Positions 1 through 6,440 of a DNA stretch of 64,000 nt are shown here, in pieces. The position numbers and the translations under genes are program-made. Numbering within the stretch: position 1 is the stretch's first letter; each line of letters opens with the position of its first letter. The notes beneath the pieces were generated by a model, which saw only the letters and a list, made by a program, of their open reading frames with translations, did not search any database and was not told the DNA's origin. The stretch is taken from positions 124,001 to 188,000 of the forward strand of contig NZ_MWQY01000009.1 in the NCBI RefSeq assembly GCF_002087085.1, read 5' to 3'.

Positions 1-716
1 CTGTCCACAACTGCCCGCAGGTTGATCGGGATTCCCGCCGCCAGAGCCGCGTCGATCCCCCGGACGATCCGGTCAAAGGTGGCACCGCCTCCATGCAGGG
101 GACGCCGTCTGTCATGGACCACCCCCACCCCGTCGAGGGTAACCTGGACCTCCCGGATACTAGCTGAGGATAAAAGGGGAATATAGTTCTCCAGCTCATA
201 CCCGTTGGTCACAACCGCTACGCTCAGCTTACGATCCGCCGCCTTTGTCAGGATTCTCTCCAGCACATTCCGGGAAGCTGAGGAAGGGAGGAGGGGCTCG
301 CCGCCGAAAACAGTTATGTACTTTTTTCGTCCCGCCAGTTCCGTATCGAGCCAGCGGAAAAAAGCATCGGTAAGCTCCGGATTACGGCTGTCGTTCGCGT
401 GGTCATAACTCTCCTGGTAACAGTAGGAGCAGGCAAAGTTGCAGGCATAGGTGGGGACAAAGAAAACCTGAACCTCCTCCGCTTCCCTGGCTTCGATAAA
501 AGAGAGGTAAGCATTGCGATAACGCCTGTTTTCTTCCCCTTCATCAGACAGGTAACCCTTTTCAATGAACTCCGTCGGATCCGCGATGTTTCCCTTTTCA
601 TACTCCCGGGCCAGTTCCGGGGAAAGGATATCCGCCTGCTTTGACAGGGGATTCAGCAGGATATAATTATCCGAGTCCTTCAGTTTCCTGAAGATGTTAT
701 GTTTCGAGCGGGTCAT
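1..716 (-). CDS. Radical SAM peptide-maturase-like protein (anSME/SPASM-type core, RRE-like N-terminal extension); 3' end beyond the window
   Basis: Not in the ORF track. Manual translation from the ATG at 716 gives MTRSKHNIFRKLKDSDNYILLNPLSK...VPTYACNFACSYCYQ (CxxxCxxC at aa 92-99, nt 420-443)...VFGGEPLL...VVTNGY...VQVTLDG...H..RRP...TFDRI...INLRAVVD, open to the window edge. Confidence 0.92.
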   Translation of the reverse strand, partial: MTRSKHNIFRKLKDSDNYILLNPLSKQADILSPELAREYEKGNIADPTEFIEKGYLSDEGEENRRYRNAYLSFIEAREAEEVQVFFVPTYACNFACSYCYQESYDHANDSRNPELTDAFFRWLDTELAGRKKYITVFGGEPLLPSSASRNVLERILTKAADRKLSVAVVTNGYELENYIPLLSSASIREVQVTLDGVGVVHDRRRPLHGGGATFDRIVRGIDAALAAGIPINLRAVVD

Positions 717-746
717 TTTCTCTTCCTGAGCTTTGTAATCTAAAGT

Positions 747-770
747 TCCCGGGGGAGTACTCCCCCGGGA
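747..770. promoter_or_regulatory. Perfect 24-nt palindrome / intercistronic stem-loop between peptide gene and radical SAM gene
   Basis: TCCCGGGGGAGT|ACTCCCCCGGGA lies 8 nt downstream of the peptide stop; only a weak U-tract follows on the minus strand. Confidence 0.75.
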
Positions 771-778
771 TGCAGGTC

Positions 779-886
779 CTAATCGTGGCAGCCCGCGACA
801 ATCTTTGAGGTCTTGGCGCAGCACTGGGCTACGGCCTGACCGGAAGAAGGAGTCTTCTTCACCAGGGAAAGCATTTTTTTCTTCAT
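779..886 (-). CDS. Putative RiPP precursor peptide, 35 aa: MKKKMLSLVKKTPSSGQAVAQCCAKTSKIVAGCHD
   Basis: Below the ORF-track cutoff. ATG at 886 is preceded by AAGGAG-ACAGGC; TAG at 781-779. It fills the gap between the methyltransferase and the rSAM gene on the same strand and has a basic leader plus a C-terminal CC-x9-C core. Confidence 0.8.
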   Translation of the reverse strand: MKKKMLSLVKKTPSSGQAVAQCCAKTSKIVAGCHD

Positions 887-921
887 GCCTGTCTCCTTAT
901 CTCCTCTTCAATTATATAGTA

Positions 922-1599
922 TCAGCTTTTCTTTCCGGGCTTGTATCCCCGGATAGTCCAGCTGGATACTTCAATTTCTCCCTTGGGGTAGGGAGCGCTC
1001 TCTTCCAGAACGCTGATTTCGGCGAAGCCGGCGTTCTGAAGATGCATAAGGTATTCATCACGGGTTACGGAACCCGCCCAGCATTCCGCGACCGCCTCCG
1101 GGTCGTTACGGTATTTTTCCGGGACCGGCGCGGTACTGTAAATGTCGCTCACCACAAAACGTCCACCGGGCTTGAGTATGCGGAATACCTCGTTCCAGAC
1201 CTTCTGTTTGTCCTCGGCATGATTGATGGTGCAGTTGCTGATAACCAGATCAACCGTTGCATCATCGAGCTTCAGGTGTTCCAGGTCGGTTTTAATTACC
1301 TGTCCGTTGCTGATGCCGAATTTCTCCAGGTTGCGTTCAGCTTTGCGGATCATACCATCGGATATATCGATTCCGATAACCCGCCCGCCCGTACCTGTCT
1401 CTTCCGCGAGGCGTATCAGGTCGAGACCCCGGCCGCTGCCCAGATCGACGCAGGTCTCTCCAGGGGCAGCTGCCGCATGGTTGATGGCACCTCCACAGGA
1501 GAGACAGCAGGATGTTTCTGCCAGCTCACTGTATCGTACATTTATACTGCTGACCGTGCTTTGCGACTGTGCAGTGCAGCAGGATTGTGTTTCCGTCAT
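922..1599 (-). CDS. arsM: ArsM-like class I SAM-dependent (arsenite) methyltransferase
   Basis: VDLGSGRG SAM-binding motif, ISNCTIN, ILKPGGRFVVSD, ECWAG and LSCGG match ArsM Cys-bearing motifs. Start at ATG 1599 with AGGGAG RBS; the track's 1644 start overlaps marR. Confidence 0.78.
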   Translation of the reverse strand: MTETQSCCTAQSQSTVSSINVRYSELAETSCCLSCGGAINHAAAAPGETCVDLGSGRGLDLIRLAEETGTGGRVIGIDISDGMIRKAERNLEKFGISNGQVIKTDLEHLKLDDATVDLVISNCTINHAEDKQKVWNEVFRILKPGGRFVVSDIYSTAPVPEKYRNDPEAVAECWAGSVTRDEYLMHLQNAGFAEISVLEESAPYPKGEIEVSSWTIRGYKPGKKS

Positions 1600-1636
1600 A
1601 TCATCTCCCTGTATAGTTCTCTTTGAAGTCCGGGTA

Positions 1637-2077
1637 TCATACAACCTGCAGCAGAAGTTTCATGCCCTGTCGAACCTGTTCGATCTGCCTGGTGTCAAGC
1701 TTTTCAAGGAAATCACGTTCGCAGGTGTCCTTTATCCGGCTGAGATCCTTCAGATGCTCCTTCCCTGCAGAGGAAAGTCGTATTATTGAGCTGCGCCGGT
1801 CATCGGCATCCTGTTCCGAAACGAGCAGTCCCCGGTCAAGAAGGCCTCCGATAATACGGCTTCCTCTGGATGTTGAGACCCCGAGCCTCATGGACAGCTC
1901 CTTTGAGCTCATGCTGATATTATTCAGCAGGAAAATCGTCATGACCTCCCGGGGGGAAAGTCCGTATCTGCTGCCGATTTTTTCCTCGATATTACAGCGG
2001 TTTTTGAAGTCTATTACGAGATCGATAAGTCGTTCAGGTTGTTTAAGCGCTTCGTTGCCCACAGCAATTGTTGCCAT
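1637..2077 (-). CDS. MarR-family transcriptional regulator
   Basis: Winged-HTH pattern LS.RE...ELS.RLGVS.S..SRII..L..RGLL...DDRRS..I.LS..G; two Cys residues. Confidence 0.88.
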   Translation of the reverse strand: MATIAVGNEALKQPERLIDLVIDFKNRCNIEEKIGSRYGLSPREVMTIFLLNNISMSSKELSMRLGVSTSRGSRIIGGLLDRGLLVSEQDADDRRSSIIRLSSAGKEHLKDLSRIKDTCERDFLEKLDTRQIEQVRQGMKLLLQVV

Positions 2078-2084
2078 GAGCAAC
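2054..2084. promoter_or_regulatory. Tandem inverted-repeat operator (2x GTTGC-N5-GCAAY) overlapping the marR start
   Basis: GTTGCccacaGCAAT (2054-2068) and GTTGCcatgaGCAAC (2070-2084); minus-strand TTGACA at 2112-2107 just upstream. Confidence 0.65.
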
Positions 2085-2157
2085 TAATATCAGTTATATA
2101 ACTTTTTGTCAATATGGTTTTTTTATTATATTATTCCTCAAAGGCAAAGGCTGCCAA

Positions 2158-2667
2158 TCAACGTGTCTTCCCCCGGGTCTTATCAAGAAATATCGCCTTT
2201 ATGCCCCCCTTGTCGAGGATATTCATGGCGTAGGAGGAGAGCTTCTCCCCTTCAAGGACTTTTCCAGTCCGGGAATTAGTAACGGTCCCCTGTTCCAGAT
2301 CGATTTTTAGTGTGTCTCCGCTTTCCACCCGGGAGGAAATTCCCTTGCACACCAGAAGCGGCAGGGCCAGGTTGATGGCGTTGCGGTAAAAGATGCGGGC
2401 AAAGGACTCGGCCACCACCGCCGCAACGCCGGCATGCTTCAGTGCTATGGCTGCGTGCTCCCGGCTCGAGCCGCAGCCGAAGTTTGTACCCGCAACGACG
2501 ATGTCCCCGGGCTGAAGCTTTGAGGCGAAGGAGGGATCAGCCCCCTCAAGGCAGTGCCGGGCTATCTCGTCAGGTTCCACCAGCTCGAGGTACTGTCCCG
2601 GGTAGATCTGGTCCGTGTCTATGTTTTTTCCAAAGAGGTGGGCTTTTCCTGTGTATCCGGTCTTCAT
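2158..2667 (-). CDS. leuD: 3-isopropylmalate dehydratase/homoaconitase-family small subunit
   Basis: [18 protein letters not shown] and [12 protein letters not shown] motifs. Confidence 0.88.
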   Translation of the reverse strand: MKTGYTGKAHLFGKNIDTDQIYPGQYLELVEPDEIARHCLEGADPSFASKLQPGDIVVAGTNFGCGSSREHAAIALKHAGVAAVVAESFARIFYRNAINLALPLLVCKGISSRVESGDTLKIDLEQGTVTNSRTGKVLEGEKLSSYAMNILDKGGIKAIFLDKTRGKTR

Positions 2668-3938
2668 ACTGATGCTCCTTGAGGGGTGTCGAGGTATTTG
2701 CCGGGATCCGCCAGGCTGCCTTCCAGGGCGGAGGCGGCCACCAGGGCCGGGGAACCAAGGTAGATCTCTGCTTCCGGGCTTCCCATGCGTCCCGGGAAAT
2801 TTCTGTTCGTGGAGGAGACGCAGACTTCTCCCCTGGCCAGGATTCCCGCATGAGTCCCCAGGCAGGGGCCGCAGCCGGGGGCGTTGAAGGTTGCACCGGC
2901 TTCGATCAGGGTCTGTACGTAGCCCTTTTCCATGGCTTTTTTGTATACCTCCATGGAGGCTGGAATTACGACCATCCGCGTGGCAGGGGCTATTTTCCTT
3001 CCCTTTACCACCTGTGCCGCAGCCTCCAGGTCCTCCAGACGTCCGCCGGTACAGGAACCGATGAATGCCTGGTCCACCTTCACCGGGGAAACCTCCGAAA
3101 AAGGAAACACATTGTCCACACTGTGGGGACAGGCAAGCTGGGGCTCCAGGGAGGATACATCGAAGAAGTGCTCCCCGGCGTAGGTGTAGCCCGGATCGGT
3201 CTCGTCCAGGATGTAATCAGTCCCGAAACGCTCTTCCACGTAATCCAGCACGGCCCGGTTGGGCTTCATCCAGGCGGTCTTGGCTCCCATTTCCACCGCC
3301 ATATTGCAGACGGCCATCCGCTCCGATACCCCCAGGCCTTCCACGTACTCCCCGCAGAACTCCACCGCCTGGTAGACCGCCGCATCCGCCTTGAGCTTTC
3401 CGATGATGTGAAGAATCACATCCTTGGCATAGACCCCGGTCCGGGGCTTGCCGGTAATCTCGATTTTTATTACTTCCGGGACCCTGAACCAGAGTTCCCC
3501 GGATATCAGCACCGTGGCAGCGTCGGTTGCCCCGATTCCGGTACCGAAGGCCCCGAAGGCCCCGTGGGTAGTTGTATGGGAATCCGTGGCCACCAGGATC
3601 ATACCCGGACGGATCAGCCCAGCCTCGGGCATAACCTGATGACAGACCCCTGCATTGATATCAAAGTGATGGGTAAGGCCCTGTTCCCTGGCGAAGTCCC
3701 GCATCTCCTTGTGGATCTGGGCGGTGCGTATCGTCGGGGCCGGGGAATAATGGTCAAATACAAAAGATATCTTCGTCGGGTCCCAGACCTTTGTGCCTCC
3801 CATCTCGTAAAAGGAACGGACCACCTGAAGGTACAAATCGTTGAGTTCGATAAAATCAACCGAGCAGTTCAGGATCTCCCCGGGTGTAACGGAATCGACC
3901 CCCGCCGCCCGGGCGAGCATCTTTTCTACTGCGTGCAC
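2664..3938 (-). CDS. leuC: 3-isopropylmalate dehydratase/homoaconitase-family large subunit
   Basis: DSHTTTHGA, FIGSCTGGR, CGPCLG and STNRNFPGRMG motifs; GTG start with AAGGAG RBS. Confidence 0.88.
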   Translation of the reverse strand: MHAVEKMLARAAGVDSVTPGEILNCSVDFIELNDLYLQVVRSFYEMGGTKVWDPTKISFVFDHYSPAPTIRTAQIHKEMRDFAREQGLTHHFDINAGVCHQVMPEAGLIRPGMILVATDSHTTTHGAFGAFGTGIGATDAATVLISGELWFRVPEVIKIEITGKPRTGVYAKDVILHIIGKLKADAAVYQAVEFCGEYVEGLGVSERMAVCNMAVEMGAKTAWMKPNRAVLDYVEERFGTDYILDETDPGYTYAGEHFFDVSSLEPQLACPHSVDNVFPFSEVSPVKVDQAFIGSCTGGRLEDLEAAAQVVKGRKIAPATRMVVIPASMEVYKKAMEKGYVQTLIEAGATFNAPGCGPCLGTHAGILARGEVCVSSTNRNFPGRMGSPEAEIYLGSPALVAASALEGSLADPGKYLDTPQGASV

Positions 3939-4080
3939 TGAAATCTCCTTATTCTATAATATCAGGGACAGTATAGCAGAGAAAATACCGGGAGGGGGAT
4001 CGATCTTCAGCTAGAAAAACAGCGGTTTTTTGCTGACTCCCATGGTATAAAGATAGAGTAGTCAACCCAGGGAGGTACCC

Positions 4081-5190
4081 ATGATACTAGGCTGTCCAAA
4101 GGAAATAAAAAAGCAGGAATACCGGGTGGGACTGACGCCCCACTGCGTTTCCGCCTATTCCCGGCGGGGACACAAGGTTCTGGTTCAGAAAGGAGCCGGG
4201 GAAGGTTCCGGTTTCGAGGACCAGGAATACGCGGAAGCGGGAGCCAGACTCGTGGAGACAGCCGCGGAAGCCTGGGCCGCCGATATGGTGGTCAAGGTAA
4301 AGGAACCCCTGCCGGAGGAGTATCGGTTCTTCCGCAGAGACCTGATTCTCTATACCTATCTGCACCTGGCTGCGGCGGAGGAATTGACCCGGGAGATGCT
4401 CGAAACGAAGGTAAAAGGTATCGCCTATGAAACAATCCAGACCGATGACGGGCACCTGCCCTGTCTTACACCCATGAGCGAGATCGCAGGACGACTGAGC
4501 GTACAGGAGGGGGCCAAGTACCTGGAAAAGACCTTCGGAGGCCGGGGTGTTCTGCTGGGAGGGGTCCCTGGAGTCGAACGCGGAAAGGTGGCCATCCTCG
4601 GCGGCGGTGTCGTCGGCATGAACGCCTGTAAAATCGCCGTAGGCATGGGAGCGGAGGTAACCATCCTGGATATCAGCACAGCCCGGCTGGCCTACATGGA
4701 CGATATATTCCAGACGCAGATAACAACCCTGGTTTCCAGTGAACGGAATATTGAAAAGATCGCCCGGGAGAGCGATGTGATTATAGGGGCAGTCCTGATT
4801 CCCGGAGCAAAAGCACCGCGGCTGATCCGGAGGGAACACCTCAAGCTGATGAAAAAAGGCGCCGTGCTGGTGGATGTCGCCGTGGACCAGGGGGGCTGCT
4901 TCGAAACAACCAGGGCCACCTATCATGATGACCCGGTCTATCTTGTGGATAATGTAATCCATTACTGCGTGGCAAATATGCCCGGTGCCGTCGCCCGCAC
5001 ATCCACCCTGGCCCTGACAAACGCCACCCTGAACCATGGCCTGCTCCTTGCCGACAGGGGGGTGGAAGCCGCCTGCGCGGAATCAGCCCCTTTACGAAGG
5101 GGTCTGAACACCCTCGACGGCAGATGCACCCACCGGGGTGTGGCGGAGGCCTTCGGCATCGCCTACACCGATCCCGCAACACTGCTATAG
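4081..5190 (+). CDS. ald: Alanine dehydrogenase
   Basis: PKEIK.QE.RVGL, KVKEP, YLHLAA, GGGVVG, DVAVDQGG and HYCVANMPGAV motifs. Confidence 0.96.
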   Translation: MILGCPKEIKKQEYRVGLTPHCVSAYSRRGHKVLVQKGAGEGSGFEDQEYAEAGARLVETAAEAWAADMVVKVKEPLPEEYRFFRRDLILYTYLHLAAAEELTREMLETKVKGIAYETIQTDDGHLPCLTPMSEIAGRLSVQEGAKYLEKTFGGRGVLLGGVPGVERGKVAILGGGVVGMNACKIAVGMGAEVTILDISTARLAYMDDIFQTQITTLVSSERNIEKIARESDVIIGAVLIPGAKAPRLIRREHLKLMKKGAVLVDVAVDQGGCFETTRATYHDDPVYLVDNVIHYCVANMPGAVARTSTLALTNATLNHGLLLADRGVEAACAESAPLRRGLNTLDGRCTHRGVAEAFGIAYTDPATLL

Positions 5191-5215
5191 AGTCGAAATT
5201 CATTACCCGGGGAAT

Positions 5216-5259
5216 AAAAAAAAGCCCCCGATGCATCCTTCAGGATGCAGTCGGGGGCT
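5216..5259 (-). terminator. Rho-independent terminator after tctC (convergent with ald)
   Basis: Minus strand reads AGCCCCCGA-C-TGCATCC-TGAA-GGATGCA-TCGGGGGCT followed by a T-run. Confidence 0.8.
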
Positions 5260-5276
5260 GAGGATACAATTTTTCC

Positions 5277-6257
5277 CTATTTGCCCATGATAGACTTGTA
5301 CATCGCTTCCTGCTTGCTCAGGAAGTCGAAGGTGTCGTCAGGAGTCATATAGGTGGCGGTTACCAGCAGAGTCTTTTTGGCCTCGGCGGCGTAGTCGGGG
5401 TTGTTGACCACGTTTTTCAGGGCTGCGGTAAAGGTCTCTACGATGCTGTCCGGGGTCTCCTTGGGAAAAGCATAGTAGAAGAATTTTGTAAAGGAGACGT
5501 CATAGCCCATTTCCTTGAAGGTGGGAACATCGGGGAAAGATGGATTCCTCTTATCGGACATAACGCCCAGGGCATGAAAGTCGCCGCTTTTGATATAGTC
5601 GGAGACAAGACCGTACTGGGTACCGATAATATCAATCTGGTTACCAAGAAGTGCCGCAGTCTTGGCAGCAGCACCGCCGACGTCGACGATATTCAGCTTT
5701 ACACCGGCGGCCTGCTGGTATGCCAGCAGATGCAGGTGAGTGAAGGAACCTACCTCGGTTGCAAAGGAGATACTCTCGGGGTTCTTCTTTGATGCTTCTG
5801 TAATGTCCCTCATGTCCTTGTAGGGAGCCTTTGCGCTTCCAACAAAAGCATTGGTTTCGTCGAGAACAGCGAGTCCGCCGAGTTTGTAGTCCTGGAAGGA
5901 GTAGTCAACAAGGCCGAGAAGCTTGTTCAGCAGAAGTCCGGGATGGAAGAAGAGAATGGTGTTGCCGTCGGGTTTGGCATCCAGTACTCTCCGGCTCCCC
6001 AGGGAACCGCCGGCTCCGCCGACATTCACAACAACCACCGGCTGTCCGAGTTCCTTTTCAAGGTACTTTGCGAGAATACGGCTGTTGACATCGGTGTCGC
6101 CGCCGGGACCTGCAGGAACGATTACTTCGATAGGCCTGGTGGGCCACTCAGCGGATTTCGCAGCTGCCTGCCCGCCCTGTTCAGCCTCACCGTTGGCGAA
6201 CATCAGGGGCGCCGCCAGCGCAGTTATCAATAAAACAATCAGTAGGCGTTTCATCAT
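5277..6257 (-). CDS. tctC: Tripartite tricarboxylate transporter substrate-binding protein (TctC/Bug)
   Basis: Signal peptide, WPTRPIEVIVP..PGG.TD, VVN..GAGG..G, PDG.T and PDVPTFKE.G motifs. Confidence 0.9.
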   Translation of the reverse strand: MMKRLLIVLLITALAAPLMFANGEAEQGGQAAAKSAEWPTRPIEVIVPAGPGGDTDVNSRILAKYLEKELGQPVVVVNVGGAGGSLGSRRVLDAKPDGNTILFFHPGLLLNKLLGLVDYSFQDYKLGGLAVLDETNAFVGSAKAPYKDMRDITEASKKNPESISFATEVGSFTHLHLLAYQQAAGVKLNIVDVGGAAAKTAALLGNQIDIIGTQYGLVSDYIKSGDFHALGVMSDKRNPSFPDVPTFKEMGYDVSFTKFFYYAFPKETPDSIVETFTAALKNVVNNPDYAAEAKKTLLVTATYMTPDDTFDFLSKQEAMYKSIMGK

Positions 6258-6292
6258 GAAACCTCCCTTTGTGGTGATGATACAAATACAGA

Positions 6293-6308
6293 AGCAGGAA
6301 TCGTGCCA
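6293..6308 (-). promoter_or_regulatory. sigma54 (-24/-12) promoter of tctC
   Basis: Minus strand TGGCACGATTCCTGCT (GG-N10-GC), next to a sigma54 activator gene. Confidence 0.75.
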
Positions 6309-6349
6309 GTCCTTCCCCCGGGGAATTCGGCTGATTTGTAGTAATTTTA

Positions 6350-6409
6350 TGTTTCACGGATTGTTTCTAAGTGTTACATCATGTTACACTCTGAACAGCC
6401 AATGAAACA
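6350..6409. promoter_or_regulatory. Array of TGTTWCA/TGAAACA half-sites; putative enhancer for the PrpR-like activator
   Basis: TGTTTCA 6350, TGTTTCT 6362, TGTTACA 6372, TGTTACA 6382, TGAACA 6392, TGAAACA 6403; 10-12 bp spacing. Confidence 0.55.
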
Positions 6410-6440
6410 CAACGATGATTCTTTCGAGGAATATACGAGG

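Noticed and set aside
205..644. Track ORFs 205-408(+), 314-601(-) and 399-644(+)
   Set aside because: Antisense or off-frame shadows of the radical SAM gene (1-716, minus strand), which carries the recognisable motifs.
779..886. Assigning the peptide to SCIFF, a lanthipeptide or a selenopeptide family
   Set aside because: It has only three Cys, ends in TAG with no in-frame TGA, and no Lan enzymes are visible.
805..1789. ORFs 805-1626(+) and 1223-1789(+)
   Set aside because: Antisense to the arsM-like gene and the peptide; no motifs or RBS.
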